Notes under the pieces: generated by a model
What the model was told of the DNA's origin: nothing
Seen by the model: only the letters and a program-made list of their open reading frames with translations
Database searches by the model: none
Shown here: positions 1 through 10,073 of the stretch, in pieces
Position numbering within the stretch: position 1 is the stretch's first letter
How the letters are laid out: every line of letters begins with the position of its first letter
Source: Candidatus Limnocylindria bacterium
GTDB taxonomy: Bacteria > Chloroflexota > Limnocylindria > QHBO01
Direction: 5' to 3'
NCBI GenBank assembly: GCA_038248895.1
Contig: JBBRWZ010000001.1
Span: 7,760 to 71,759, forward strand
Length of the DNA stretch: 64,000 nucleotides
Program-made: the position numbers and the translations under genes

Positions 1-445
1 CGATATCCCAGTGCGGTGGCGTGCCGTCGTCGTCGACGCGTCGCTCGCCCCACTCCCGGACGACCGGGTTGTCCGCGTCCGAGCGCCCAGCCGGCACGCT
101 CTCGTGCGGAACATTCGGAACGAGCAGGAGGTCGTCGGCGATCTGCGCCTCGGCGTTCGTCAGCTCGGCGGCAAGGAGGTCGATGCGGGTCGAGAGCTCG
201 GCCATCTCAGCCTTGAGCCGCTCCCCGTCCTCGCGCCGTCCATCCCGCATCAGGCCGCCGAGCTCCTTGTTGCCGGCGTTGCGCCGCGCGCGCAGCTCGT
301 TGACCTCGGCCTCCACGCGCCGGCGGTGCGTGTCCACGTCTGCGATGCGGTCGAGGGCCGCCAGCGGCTCGGCTCCCCCGCCCTTGCGTGCGACGGCGCG
401 CTTCACGGCCTCGACATCGTCGCGGATCAGCTGGAGCGAGATCAT
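1..445 (-). CDS. serS: Seryl-tRNA synthetase, 5' part. Gene continues beyond the window start. Not in the ORF track because no stop lies within the window.
   Basis: Minus-strand translation from the ATG at 443-445 reads MISLQLIRDDVEAVKRAVARKG...LLLVPNVPHESVP. This matches the SerRS N-terminal coiled-coil region. The start overlaps the lysS stop as ATGA. Confidence 0.8.
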   Translation of the reverse strand, partial: MISLQLIRDDVEAVKRAVARKGGGAEPLAALDRIADVDTHRRRVEAEVNELRARRNAGNKELGGLMRDGRREDGERLKAEMAELSTRIDLLAAELTNAEAQIADDLLLVPNVPHESVPAGRSDADNPVVREWGERRVDDDGTPPHWDI

Positions 446-2055
446 GCGGGGAGGGTAGCGGCGGCCGCGGCGGCGCGGAGCCGCGCCGTGACGAACGATG
501 GCTCGAGGCTCGCCACGAGCCACCCGGCACGCGGTCCCGAGGGCTGGCCGAGGAAGGCGAGGTAGAGGGCGGCGAAGGCGCGGCCGGCGGGAATGTCCAC
601 CGCCCGCGCCGCCTCGAAGATCTCGTTCTGCAGCGACTCGCCGGTCCACGCCGCGGCGTCCAGGACCGCCACTCGGTCGCGGAGGGCAGCAAGGAAGCGT
701 CGCTGCCCGTCGTCGAGACCGGCGGAGGCCGCTGGCAGCTCCTCGCGCACCGTCACCCGAACCCGATCCGGCGCGTACGCCTCCAGCCAGGCGCGCGCAG
801 CGCCGACACGCTCGGCGAGGATCGCCTCCTCTGCCGCGTTCAGGGCGCTCCCCTTCTCCGCCGCGGTCCGCTCCGCGACGTCGACGCCGGGCACCTGGAC
901 GAGGAGGGCAAGGTGGCCAAAGGCGGGCCGATGGAGGGCGGCGGCGGCAACCGGGTCGACGTCGGCATCCACGAGCGAGGCGGCGAACAGCTGCGGCGCA
1001 TCCGATGGCAGCTCCCCGCGCACCTCACGCCCGGCGGTCGCCGCGGCGAGGCGGTCCGACTCGTCGAAGAGGCGCGCGATGGCATCGGTCCCGTCGGGGT
1101 CGAAGCTGATCGCCTGGTTCGGGCGCGAGCGCAGGAAGAGGAGCCGCAGCTGCTCCGGAGGCACCACCTCGGCCATCAGCGACGCGGAGGCACCGGTGCC
1201 CCGGGAGGTGATCATCCTGCGGCCGCCGACGTTGAGGAACTCGTAGACGAGATTGGTCGGCGGGTCGCGATCGAAGACCTCGCGCGCGATCGCCTCGGAG
1301 CGGTCGCGGGCGCCGCCGCGGGTGGCGAGGTCCTTGCCGTTCGGCTCGATCGTGACGCCGAACTCGGACCACTTTGCCGCCCAGTCGACGTTGAACGGCA
1401 GCTTCCCGTTGCCGCCGAACGGGCTGATCTCGCCCTGGTGGCCGCAGCCGGTCGCCCAGCGTACAAGGTCGCTGCGGCATTCGTAATGGACGATCCCGCG
1501 CCCCCCGTCCCAGGCGGTGACGATGGTGGTACCGATGCGCCCGCAGTTCTCGCAGATGACCTGCAGTGGATGCCACTCCGCCGGATGGCGGACGCTCGCG
1601 ACGCGCTCGTAGACCTTCCGCACGACCTCCGCGCGGTCGAGGGCGATGCGGATCCAGCGGTCCATGGTGCCGGCGCGGTAGAGGTCGCTCATCCAGTAGC
1701 GAACGTCGGGATGGATACCGAGCCGGTCGAACGTGTCGATGAAGAGGCCGGCGAAGTGCCGCGCGTAGGACGCATGACAGTCCCCCGCCGGGTCAGGGAC
1801 GTTCGCCAGCGGCACGCCCATGAAGCGCTCGACGGCATCGGGGGTGAGGAGCGCCTGGGCATCCATCGGGTCGAGGTCGTCCACACCGTAGCGCAGCTCG
1901 ACGGCCAGCCCGCGAGCCCGCAGGGCACGCGTGATGACATCGAGGATCACCGGTCCGCGCAGCGAGCCGACGTGCACCGTCCCAGATGGCGTCTTGGAGT
2001 CGTTGACGACCTGCGGCCCCGATGCCGAGGCCGCCAGCTCATCGGCCCAGAACAC
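442..2055 (-). CDS. lysK: Lysyl-tRNA synthetase, class I
   Basis: 537 aa with a class I aaRS fold: a HVGS HIGH-like motif near the N-terminus and a KMSKS-like RMITSRG motif. The length and architecture fit the class I LysRS found in Actinobacteria and Archaea. Confidence 0.8.
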   Translation of the reverse strand: MFWADELAASASGPQVVNDSKTPSGTVHVGSLRGPVILDVITRALRARGLAVELRYGVDDLDPMDAQALLTPDAVERFMGVPLANVPDPAGDCHASYARHFAGLFIDTFDRLGIHPDVRYWMSDLYRAGTMDRWIRIALDRAEVVRKVYERVASVRHPAEWHPLQVICENCGRIGTTIVTAWDGGRGIVHYECRSDLVRWATGCGHQGEISPFGGNGKLPFNVDWAAKWSEFGVTIEPNGKDLATRGGARDRSEAIAREVFDRDPPTNLVYEFLNVGGRRMITSRGTGASASLMAEVVPPEQLRLLFLRSRPNQAISFDPDGTDAIARLFDESDRLAAATAGREVRGELPSDAPQLFAASLVDADVDPVAAAALHRPAFGHLALLVQVPGVDVAERTAAEKGSALNAAEEAILAERVGAARAWLEAYAPDRVRVTVREELPAASAGLDDGQRRFLAALRDRVAVLDAAAWTGESLQNEIFEAARAVDIPAGRAFAALYLAFLGQPSGPRAGWLVASLEPSFVTARLRAAAAAATLPA

Positions 2056-2089
2056 GGTGTCGGTCGTACGCCTGCGGCATCGCCGCGCC

Positions 2090-2551
2090 TCAGCTGATGG
2101 CGACGACGGTGTAGGCGTCAGCCCCGCCCGGGGTCTGGACGGTGACCTTCTCGCCCTGCTTCTTGCCCATCAGGGCCTGGCCGACCGGCGACTCGTTGCT
2201 GATGCGTCCCTCGCGGGGTGCCGCCTCGGCCGAGCCGACGATGGTGAACGCCTCCTCGCCGTCGGGGCCCTTGATGACCACCTTCGACCCGATCCCCACC
2301 TTGTCGCCATTGTTGCCGGCGATCACCTGGGCATTCTTCAGCTGCCCCTCCAGCGTCGCGATGCGTCCCTCCAGGAACGATTGCTCCTGCTTGGCATCCT
2401 CGTACTCGGCGTTCTCGCTGATGTCCCCGTCCTGTTTCGCGTCGTGGATGCGCGCGGCGACCCGCGGGCGCTCGCTGGTGATGAGGTGATGGAGCTCGAC
2501 CTCGAGCTTCGCGAGGCCCTCGGCGGTGAGGTAGACGGGCTTCGTGTTCAT
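2090..2551 (-). CDS. greA: Transcription elongation factor GreA
   Basis: 153 aa. An N-terminal coiled coil with acidic fingertip residues (DGDISENAEY) and a C-terminal FKBP-like domain. Typical GreA. Confidence 0.9.
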   Translation of the reverse strand: MNTKPVYLTAEGLAKLEVELHHLITSERPRVAARIHDAKQDGDISENAEYEDAKQEQSFLEGRIATLEGQLKNAQVIAGNNGDKVGIGSKVVIKGPDGEEAFTIVGSAEAAPREGRISNESPVGQALMGKKQGEKVTVQTPGGADAYTVVAIS

Positions 2552-3142
2552 GGTGTGCGCTCACTCCCCCTTCGTGGGTGGTGGATCGGGCGAGCCGGTC
2601 GCGTGGGACGGAGCCCCGCCGCACTGGGGCATCGCGGCGGACGGATCGAGGTCGATAACAAAAAACGCTCCAGGCCCCGCCCCGCTCATGCGTGGGCTTT
2701 CCTGAAGCCGGCCGCCCCGTTCCTTGCGGCGCAGGTGCAGAGCCACGTCGGTCGCCGCTCGTTTCCGCGCTGACGTCGCAGGATTGTAGGCGCGGACCGC
2801 ACGTTCGTCAAAAGCGCGGCGCCAGGTACCGGGTTCGGCATCCCGGTGATCCATCACCTCGATTGCACACCATCCGTTCGCCGTGCGCGGTTCCGGTGCC
2901 AGATCACCGCCAGCGCCGCACGAGGAGCGGGTAGCCGCCGACCTCCCGTTTAGCATGTGCTGATCTGTCACCGAATCGCAGCCGGCGCCACCCTCCGAGC
3001 ACGAAACCGGTGATGGACCTGCGGCAGAAGACGGCGAGCGGGGGCGATGTCTCGCCATTGCAGCAACCGATGGTGACCGACCGGCTGACCGGTCCTGGCC
3101 ACCTCCCATGTCGCGCCCAATTCGACGATGGGTCCGGATCGT
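2552..3142. other. Roughly 590-nt non-coding region between greA and uppP. The only long ORF (2561..3109, minus) has GC3 far below genome average. Local GC is lower, with A/T runs and short inverted repeats (GGTGATccATCACC).
   Basis: Third-position GC of the candidate ORF is about 55-60%, against more than 85% in confirmed genes. The translated product has no recognisable domain. Confidence 0.5.
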
Positions 3143-3985
3143 CTAGCGCACGATCACCAGGAGCACGATTCCCGCGGCGAAGATGAGCCGATAGAGGCTG
3201 AACAGGGCCACCGACCGCGTCCGCAGCCATGCCAGCAAGAAGCCGATGGCGAGCATGCCGCTGATCGCGGCGACGACAAAGCCAGCGGCGACGGCGAACC
3301 ACTCGTTCGTGGTGAGCGATGCGTCGAGGAGCTTGCGCGAGCCGTAGAGGCCGGCACCGAGCGTGATCGGCGTGGCGAGCAGGAAGCTGAAGCGCGCCGC
3401 CGACTCCCGCGTCAGGCCGAGTGCCAGCCCGGCGGTGATCGTCGCTCCGCTGCGGCTGATGCCGGGCAGCAGCGCGAGCGCCTGGCTGAAGCCGATGACG
3501 AGCGCGGACCGCGTGTCGAGCTCGTCCATCTGGCGCTCACGGCGCCCGATCCGGTCCGCGATCCACAGCCCGGTGGCGCCGATGACGAGGAAGCCGGCGA
3601 TGGCGATGCGTGTCGCGTCACTGTCGGCGTGGAAGACGGAGTTGATGAGGTCCTCGCCGAGGAAGCCGATGATCGCCGCCGGCACCGTCGCGATGACGAG
3701 GAGCCATCCAAGGCGCCGATCTCGATCGTCACCAATCCGGCGCTCCCGAATGCTGCCCGCGATCGCAGCCAGGTAGCGGATCCAGTCGCGTGCGAAATAG
3801 GCCAGCAGTGCGACGAGCGTCCCGAGATGCAGGAACACATCGAACGCGAGGCTCCCGACGAGGCCCGTCGAGTCCCAGCCGGCGATCCACGGCGCGAGCT
3901 CCAGATGTGCGCTCGAGCTGACCGGAATGAATTCGGTGAGGCCCTGGAGAAGGCCGATCAGCGCGGCCTGGATGACGACGTCCAT
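3143..3985 (-). CDS. uppP: Undecaprenyl-diphosphatase (UppP/BacA)
   Basis: 280 aa polytopic membrane protein. It has the BacA signature motifs (EFIPVSSSAH, PGISRSGATI). Confidence 0.9.
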   Translation of the reverse strand: MDVVIQAALIGLLQGLTEFIPVSSSAHLELAPWIAGWDSTGLVGSLAFDVFLHLGTLVALLAYFARDWIRYLAAIAGSIRERRIGDDRDRRLGWLLVIATVPAAIIGFLGEDLINSVFHADSDATRIAIAGFLVIGATGLWIADRIGRRERQMDELDTRSALVIGFSQALALLPGISRSGATITAGLALGLTRESAARFSFLLATPITLGAGLYGSRKLLDASLTTNEWFAVAAGFVVAAISGMLAIGFLLAWLRTRSVALFSLYRLIFAAGIVLLVIVR

Positions 3986-4023
3986 CGATCCCTTCCGGTG
4001 CGGGGCGGCGCGATAACGAATGA

Positions 4024-4059
4024 CGCCGGCGCCGGGGACGGTGCCCCGGAACGCCGGCG
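4024..4059 (-). terminator. GC-rich imperfect hairpin (about 14 bp with a 2-nt bulge) immediately downstream of hppA, followed on the minus strand by a T-containing tract. Putative intrinsic terminator.
   Basis: Inverted repeat cgccggcgccgggg / ccccggaacgccggcg read directly from the sequence. It lies between the hppA stop and the uppP start. Confidence 0.4.
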
Positions 4060-4076
4060 TTGAGAGTAGCGGACTC

Positions 4077-6290
4077 CTAGCGGATGAAGAGCGGCGCCAG
4101 CACCAGGGTGATGGTCGCGAGCAGCTTCACCAGCACGTGCAGCGACGGACCGGCGGTGTCCTTGAAGGGATCGCCCACGGTGTCGCCGACCACGGCCGCG
4201 GCGTGGGCATCGCTGCCCTTGCCGAGCACGACGCCGTTCGCATCGGTCAGGTTGTTGGACTCGATGTACTTCTTCGCGTTGTCCCATGCACCGCCGCCGT
4301 TGTTGAGGACGGTTGCGAGCATGACGCCCGAGATGGTCCCGACCATGAGCATGCCGGCGATCGCCTCCGCGCCCAGCAGGAGGCCGACCACGATGGGCGT
4401 GGCCACGGCCACCACCCCGGGCAGGATCATCTGCCGCAGCGCCGACCGCGTGGTGATGTCGACGACCCGAGCGTAGTCGGGGCGCTGGGTGTAATCCATG
4501 ATGCCGGGCATCTCCCGGAACTGGCGGCGGACCTCGACAATGATCGCCTGGGCCGCGGTACCCACCGCGCGGATCGCGAGGCTGGAGAAGAAGTAGACGA
4601 GCATGGCGCCGATGAGGGCCGCGATGAAGACGCTCACGTCGGCGAGGTTGACGCTGGTCAGCAGCTTCGCTCCGTCGACCCCGGCCTCGATGCGTCGGCC
4701 CTGGATTAGGTTGACCTTGTCGATGTAGGCGCTGAAGAGGAGGAAGGCGGCGAGCGAAGCTGACGCGATGGCGTAGCCCTTCGTCAGGGCCTTCGTCGTG
4801 TTGCCGACCGCGTCGAGGCGATCGGTGATCTCGCGTGCGCCCTTCTCGGCGTGGCTGAACTCGGCGATGCCGCCGGCGTTGTCGGTGATCGGGCCAAACG
4901 TGTCCATCGCCAGGATGAACGCGGTCGTCATCAGCATCCCCATGGTGGCGACGGCGGTTCCGAAGATGCCGCCGACGTCCTTGCCGGAGGCATCGGTCAG
5001 GCCGGCCAGCGTCCCGAGCCAGTGGCTCGCGAAGAGCGCGATGCCAATGGTGATGGCGGTCAGGGCGGTCGTCTCATAGCCGACCGCGGTGCCGCTGATG
5101 ATGTTCGTCGCGGGGCCGGTGCGGCTCGCCTCGGCGATCTCACGGACCGGGCGGAACGTGCCGGCGGTGTAGTACTGCGTGATGTAGACGAAGGCGACGC
5201 TCGTCGCCAGGCCCACCAGGCCGGCGCCGAAGTAGTAGACCCACGTCGGCAGCGCCGTCCCCGGGTTGATCGTCTGCATCATGACCGACGTGGTGAGCGC
5301 CAGGCCGAGGACGCACAGGAGGGTCGTCACCCAGTAGCCGCGGTTGAGGATGTTCATGGGGTTCTCATCCTCGCGACCACGGATGAAGAACATCGCGACG
5401 ATCGTGGCCAGGAGGCCGAACGCGCGGACGACGAGCGGGAAGAAGATCCACGCCTCGGGATTCGGCCAGCCCGCCGAGTTGGCGATGTTGTACACCGCCA
5501 CGCCGAGGATCATGGCGCCGATGTTCTCGGCCGCGGTGCTCTCGAAGAGGTCCGCGCCACGGCCGGCACAGTCGCCGACGTTGTCGCCGACGAGGTCAGC
5601 CACGACGCCCGCATTGCGCGGATCGTCCTCGGGGATGCCCGCCTCGATCTTGCCCACCAGGTCGCTCCCCACATCAGCGGCCTTGGTGTAGATGCCGCCG
5701 CCGAGCTGCGCGAAGAGCGCCACGAAACTGGCGCCGAAGCCGAAGCCGACGATGAGGAACGGTGCCTGCGCCGGATTCGAGAAGCCGCCGAAGGCGGCGA
5801 AGATGGTGTAGACGCCGAGCAGGCTCAGCGCCACCACCAGGAAGCCGGAGACCGCGCCACCGCGCAGCGCCACCTGGACCGCGCGGACGAGGCTGTGCTG
5901 GGCGGCGGCCGCGGTGCGCAGGTTCGCCTTCACGCTGATGAACATGCCGATGATGCCCGAGGCCATGCTGCACGCTGCGCCGACGAGGAAGGCGACGCCG
6001 GTCATGATACCGAGCTGCACGCCGTAGACGTCGGTGTCGGCCACGGCCTGCGTCTCGACGATGGCGATCACCGCGCCGATCACGAGCGCGCCGCCAATGG
6101 CGAGCAGCGCGATCGTCTGGTACTGGCGCCTGATGAAGGCCACCGCGCCCTCGTAGATCGTGCCGGCGATTTCCTGCATCGCCGCGGTGCCGGTGTCGGC
6201 GCGCAGCACGTCGAGGGCGAGGTACACGGCGAACGCGACCGCGGCCAGGCCGGCGATCGGGATCACCAAGATGATGGGCTGGAGCTCCAT
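4077..6290 (-). CDS. hppA: Membrane-bound proton-translocating inorganic pyrophosphatase
   Basis: Multi-TM protein with H+-PPase motifs (GDNVGDCAGRGADLFES, the DNAGGIAE region). The true start is most likely the internal Met (MELQPIIL...) at 6290, preceded by a GGAGGA Shine-Dalgarno sequence. The ORF track extends it with an Arg-rich artefact. Confidence 0.85.
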   Translation of the reverse strand: MELQPIILVIPIAGLAAVAFAVYLALDVLRADTGTAAMQEIAGTIYEGAVAFIRRQYQTIALLAIGGALVIGAVIAIVETQAVADTDVYGVQLGIMTGVAFLVGAACSMASGIIGMFISVKANLRTAAAAQHSLVRAVQVALRGGAVSGFLVVALSLLGVYTIFAAFGGFSNPAQAPFLIVGFGFGASFVALFAQLGGGIYTKAADVGSDLVGKIEAGIPEDDPRNAGVVADLVGDNVGDCAGRGADLFESTAAENIGAMILGVAVYNIANSAGWPNPEAWIFFPLVVRAFGLLATIVAMFFIRGREDENPMNILNRGYWVTTLLCVLGLALTTSVMMQTINPGTALPTWVYYFGAGLVGLATSVAFVYITQYYTAGTFRPVREIAEASRTGPATNIISGTAVGYETTALTAITIGIALFASHWLGTLAGLTDASGKDVGGIFGTAVATMGMLMTTAFILAMDTFGPITDNAGGIAEFSHAEKGAREITDRLDAVGNTTKALTKGYAIASASLAAFLLFSAYIDKVNLIQGRRIEAGVDGAKLLTSVNLADVSVFIAALIGAMLVYFFSSLAIRAVGTAAQAIIVEVRRQFREMPGIMDYTQRPDYARVVDITTRSALRQMILPGVVAVATPIVVGLLLGAEAIAGMLMVGTISGVMLATVLNNGGGAWDNAKKYIESNNLTDANGVVLGKGSDAHAAAVVGDTVGDPFKDTAGPSLHVLVKLLATITLVLAPLFIR

Positions 6291-6374
6291 GGATCCTCCG
6301 CTGATGGGTCCCTCACGCACCGCGGCGACGATTGCGCGCGCGTGCGCAGAACCGGTCTGACACACGGAAACGCC

Positions 6375-6403
6375 GGCGGGAATGGCACGCATGCGTGCCC
6401 GCC
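6375..6403 (-). terminator. Palindromic hairpin (GCACGCATGCGTGC core flanked by GGCGGG/CCCGCC), followed on the minus strand by a GTTTCC tract. Putative terminator of the rpoN operon.
   Basis: Perfect 14-bp palindrome with flanking complementary G/C runs, located 86-114 nt downstream of the 6489 stop. Confidence 0.45.
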
Positions 6404-6488
6404 AGCGAGGCCGCGCCATGGTAGCCGCGCGCGGTGCGGACGGTCAACTTACGACGGCGCCGGCGGGCATGCGCCGCGCGGATCGGCC

Positions 6489-8591
6489 CTAGGGAAGCCA
6501 CCGCGGACGTGTTCCCCCCTCGGTGAGCCGAAGCCCCGAGCCCGAATCGAGATCGATGAGCCAGATGCCGGTCGGCACCCCATCACCCGATGCCCGCGCC
6601 ACGAGCAGCTTCCCCGTCTCCGGCGTGAATGCCACCCAGCTCGCGACGAGGGCGCCGTCACCGAGCAGGCGACCGCGGGCGCCGCCGCCGGCCGTCGTGA
6701 TCCAGATCGACCCGGCATCGTCGCCGCGCGGGAGCGTCACGTAGGCGATGCGACCACGATCGTCGACCGCGACACGGGCCGGCGCGTCGAACGGCGTCGG
6801 CGCCGGGTCGCGTGATCCGCGGAACAGCCGCAGCACGTCCTGGTCGGCGAGGTCGGCTGACGCCGGATCGAGCGGCTCGGCCGGGGTGCCCGGCTCGTGC
6901 CGCGGCAACTCCGCATCCGCGCGCGGCCCATCAAGCACGACGCCATCGACGAGGATGCCGGTCGAGTCCGGCAGCCACGAGATCGGCCCAGCCGCATCGA
7001 TCTCGGCGGTCGTCAGCCGGTCGGCGGGCAGCTCGACCACCGCGACCCGCCCGGCGGTGTCGACATACGCCAGCGCGCCGCCGTCCGGCGAGAACGCGGG
7101 TTCGCGGAGGAGTGGCGACGGCAATGGCTCGCCGCTGCCGGCGACGGACGGGCTGGGAGACCCCGTCTCACCGGTCAGCTCGCGCGGCGGCACGAGCCGC
7201 GTCGCATCGGCCCCCGCGACACCGCGCAGCCAGATCCCGAGGCCGCCGCCGGTCGCCGCATCGGCCCGCCCGAACGCAATCGTGCGGCCGTCGGGGCTGT
7301 ATGCGGGGTCGAACTCGAGGTTGGCCGCATCGGTGAGGACGCGCCGGTCGCGGCCGTCGACGAGCTGCTCGACGAGCTGGACGCCGTCACCAAGGACAAG
7401 TGAGCGCCCGTCCGGGGCGACGGCGAAATCGGTCACCGCCGACAGCTCCGCGGTCACCTGGCGCTGGTTGGTCCCGTCGGGATTCATCGCCCACACGTTG
7501 GCCACCCCGCCGCGTGGCGACAGGAAGACGATCTGGTTGGAGAGCGTCGTGCTCGGCGCGCCGGTCGTGAAGGTCCAGGTCAGCGGTGCGGCGAGGCCAC
7601 CACCACCATCGGCGCTCACGCCCGCGGCGAGGGTCACCTCGAACGTCGTGTTGGCGGGCAGGGTCGACGACGGCATGAACCTGAGCAACCGTGCGCCTCC
7701 CGCCCCGAGCGCCGCCGCTCCGGGCAGCGGCACCGCCTCGAGCGACCCGGGCACCGCCGGGTCGACGGTGAGCAGCGCGGCGTCGACGGAGTCCGGATCA
7801 AGCGGTCGGTCGAAGACGACGCCGATCACGGTGGTGCCGGCGATGCCCTCCACGCCGTCCGCGGGCAGGAGCTGGACGACCTCCAGGTCGGTGCGCGCGG
7901 TCACGAACGAGATGCGGAGCGCTGCGTCGAGCGGTGTGCCGGCCAGGTCGGTGGCGGTGGTGTCGATCTCGATGCGGTAGCGCCGGCCCGCCTCCAGTGG
8001 CTGTTCCGGGACGATGGTGAGCCGCTCACCGGACCAGCGCAGTGCGGCCGACGTGCGCGGCGTCAGCCGCAGCGCATCTTCCACCGACGCGGTGTCCATC
8101 AGGGTGGAGAAGGTGATGGTGAGCTCCGCATCGCGCGCCACCGCCGCGTCGCCATCCCCAGGGTCGGTGGCAGCCACGCTCGGTGAGCCGACCGTGGTGA
8201 ACGAGAAGGGATCGGCGGCGGCCTGCATCGTGTTCCCGGCCTCGTCGCGCGCTCCCGGGCCGATGGTGACGACGAATGACGACTGCAACGGCAGCGGATC
8301 CGCCGGCGTGAACGTGACCGTCGTCCCGCTCCAGCTGAAGCTGCCGGGCACCTTCGGCGCGATGCTGATCGCCGTCTCGGCTGATGCATGGTCGACCGTC
8401 TCGGAGTAGGCGACCTCGATGCTCGTCGTCGTGAGAGCGATCCCCGCGTCGCCGGCGAGGTGCTGCGTCAGGCCGACGCGGCCCACGACCGGCGGCCGCG
8501 AGTCGACCGTGCTGGCGAGATAGAGGATGCCGGAGAGAACGGCGGCGCCGACGAGAAGGACGACAGATGAGCGGAGCAGAACGCGGCGCAC
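6489..8591 (-). CDS. Large exported or membrane-anchored protein. N-terminal signal anchor, tandem bacterial Ig-like (Big/SbsA-like) domains, and a C-terminal TolB/WD40-like beta-propeller.
   Basis: 700 aa with an N-terminal hydrophobic segment. Repeated roughly 100-aa beta-rich units have the pattern TxxxPxxxxPL...TVTF. The C-terminal half carries repeated FSPDGRxxA-type blades typical of TolB-like propellers. The GTG start sits 12 nt after the rpoN stop, with a GGAG Shine-Dalgarno sequence. Confidence 0.6.
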   Translation of the reverse strand: MRRVLLRSSVVLLVGAAVLSGILYLASTVDSRPPVVGRVGLTQHLAGDAGIALTTTSIEVAYSETVDHASAETAISIAPKVPGSFSWSGTTVTFTPADPLPLQSSFVVTIGPGARDEAGNTMQAAADPFSFTTVGSPSVAATDPGDGDAAVARDAELTITFSTLMDTASVEDALRLTPRTSAALRWSGERLTIVPEQPLEAGRRYRIEIDTTATDLAGTPLDAALRISFVTARTDLEVVQLLPADGVEGIAGTTVIGVVFDRPLDPDSVDAALLTVDPAVPGSLEAVPLPGAAALGAGGARLLRFMPSSTLPANTTFEVTLAAGVSADGGGGLAAPLTWTFTTGAPSTTLSNQIVFLSPRGGVANVWAMNPDGTNQRQVTAELSAVTDFAVAPDGRSLVLGDGVQLVEQLVDGRDRRVLTDAANLEFDPAYSPDGRTIAFGRADAATGGGLGIWLRGVAGADATRLVPPRELTGETGSPSPSVAGSGEPLPSPLLREPAFSPDGGALAYVDTAGRVAVVELPADRLTTAEIDAAGPISWLPDSTGILVDGVVLDGPRADAELPRHEPGTPAEPLDPASADLADQDVLRLFRGSRDPAPTPFDAPARVAVDDRGRIAYVTLPRGDDAGSIWITTAGGGARGRLLGDGALVASWVAFTPETGKLLVARASGDGVPTGIWLIDLDSGSGLRLTEGGTRPRWLP

Positions 8592-8603
8592 GGGCTCCGC
8601 GGC

Positions 8604-10016
8604 CTAGTGGTGTCGCAGCCGGGCAGGCAGGATGTGCAGCTCGTCGCGGTACTTCGCGACGGTGCGGCGCGCGATCGCGATCCCTTCCTCGGCGAGCAGG
8701 TCCGCGATCTCCTGGTCGGACAGCGGGTGCGGCTGCTCCTCCGACTCGATGAACTTTCGAATCTGGTCCTTCACCCCGAGCGAGGCGGTGAAAAAGTGGC
8801 TGAACGGGACCACCTCGCCCGAAGGGATCATCACGTACTTCTCGGCGGTGGCGCGGCTGACCGTCGACTCGTGCATCCCGATCAGGTCGCCGACCTCGGC
8901 GCGCGTCAGCGAGACGAGGTGCTGCACGCCGTGGAGGAGGTACTCACGCTGCCGATCCGCGAGGCACTCGGCGATGCGCTGGATCGTGGCGCGACGACGA
9001 TTGATGTTGTCGATGAAGAACTTCGCTCGCCCGACGTACTCGCGTACGTGCTGCTTGTCCTGCTCCGTCGTCTCGCTCGCCCGCAGCTGGCTCGAGAGCG
9101 ACGAATAAATGGGCGTCACCTGCAGGCTGAAGCGGCGTGACTCGACGACCTCCACCTCCAGCTCACCGTCGACGGCCCGAATCAGCACATCGGGGCGGAT
9201 CAGGGTCCGGTGCCCGCGTCCGCTGACCGCGGCGGTGAAGGCGGCGGTCGGGTACGGATTGAGGCTCGACTTCACGAACTCCCAGGTCGCGACGACACTT
9301 GCCTGGTCCGTCTTGAGGGCCGATGCCACCTCCCGGAAGCGACGCTCGCCCAGCTCGGGGAGATGATCGGCGACAACCGCCTCCGCGATCTCCGGCACCG
9401 GCGTCTCACCACCCTCACGCAGCCACGCGATCTGCGCCAGCAGGCTCTCCACGATCGATCGGGAGCCGATGCCGATCGGCTCGATGCCGCGCATCGCGGA
9501 TCGCACCTGCTGCACCTGCTCGACCGATACGCCCGTCGCCGCGGCGATCTCTTCGTCGCTGTCGGTCAGAAAACCGTTCTCGTCGAGGGCGCCGATGACC
9601 TGGTCCGCGACGGGGTGCAGCTCGCGCGGCAGGATCGCGTGGAGGTTCCAGGTCAGGTGCTCCTCCAGCGTGAACTCGGCCTCGGCACGGGCGATGGGGT
9701 CGAACTCGTCTGCCTCGTCCCGCAGCCGCGGCTGGCTGTCCGGGGGCAGGTCGTCGACGGTCGCGGCATCCACATCCGCCTTGGCATCGCGATTCGGCAT
9801 GCACTCGGTGCAGTAGTTGCCGGTCACCGGCGACCCACAGATGGGACAGGCGCTCGTCTCGAGCATCTCGAGCGCGGGGTTCTCGTCCAGCTCCTGGCTG
9901 ATCGCCTCCTGGAGCTCGACCGAGCTCATCTGCAGGATGTAGTTGGCGGCGATCTGCTTGGGCGTGACCTTGACCTGCAGCGACGGGTTGAGCTGCTGGT
10001 TGAGCTCGAGCGACAT
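8604..10016 (-). CDS. rpoN: RNA polymerase sigma-54 factor, with an unusual Cys4 zinc-ribbon insertion after region I
   Basis: Region I (LELNQQLNPSLQVKV...ENPALE), a C-terminal HTH, and the RpoN box (ARRTVAKYRDEL) are all present. CPICG-x9-CTEC lies between region I and the core-binding domain. Confidence 0.85.
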   Translation of the reverse strand: MSLELNQQLNPSLQVKVTPKQIAANYILQMSSVELQEAISQELDENPALEMLETSACPICGSPVTGNYCTECMPNRDAKADVDAATVDDLPPDSQPRLRDEADEFDPIARAEAEFTLEEHLTWNLHAILPRELHPVADQVIGALDENGFLTDSDEEIAAATGVSVEQVQQVRSAMRGIEPIGIGSRSIVESLLAQIAWLREGGETPVPEIAEAVVADHLPELGERRFREVASALKTDQASVVATWEFVKSSLNPYPTAAFTAAVSGRGHRTLIRPDVLIRAVDGELEVEVVESRRFSLQVTPIYSSLSSQLRASETTEQDKQHVREYVGRAKFFIDNINRRRATIQRIAECLADRQREYLLHGVQHLVSLTRAEVGDLIGMHESTVSRATAEKYVMIPSGEVVPFSHFFTASLGVKDQIRKFIESEEQPHPLSDQEIADLLAEEGIAIARRTVAKYRDELHILPARLRHH

Positions 10017-10073
10017 GGAACCTCGCGGGCGATCATCTGGGCCGGCCCTCGGATCGGCGCGGCAGAAGGGCGA

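Noticed and set aside
11-1246. Several long plus-strand ORFs (11..565, 388..2097, 498..1109, 593..1246) opposite serS and lysS
   Set aside because: They are Arg/Ala/Pro-rich antisense frames that stay open only because stop codons are rare at 73% GC. The minus strand encodes clear SerRS and class I LysRS.
2880-2900. Sigma-54-type promoter candidates: TGGCAC-N5-CCGC on the minus strand near 2890, GGCACG-N4-GCGCC near 52000, and TGGTCACGCTCGCGC near 21285
   Set aside because: All have an acceptable -24 GG but a poor -12 element, with no TTGCW. They point at genes (greA, the exonuclease) that are not typical sigma-54 targets. There is no bEBP gene in the window to support them.
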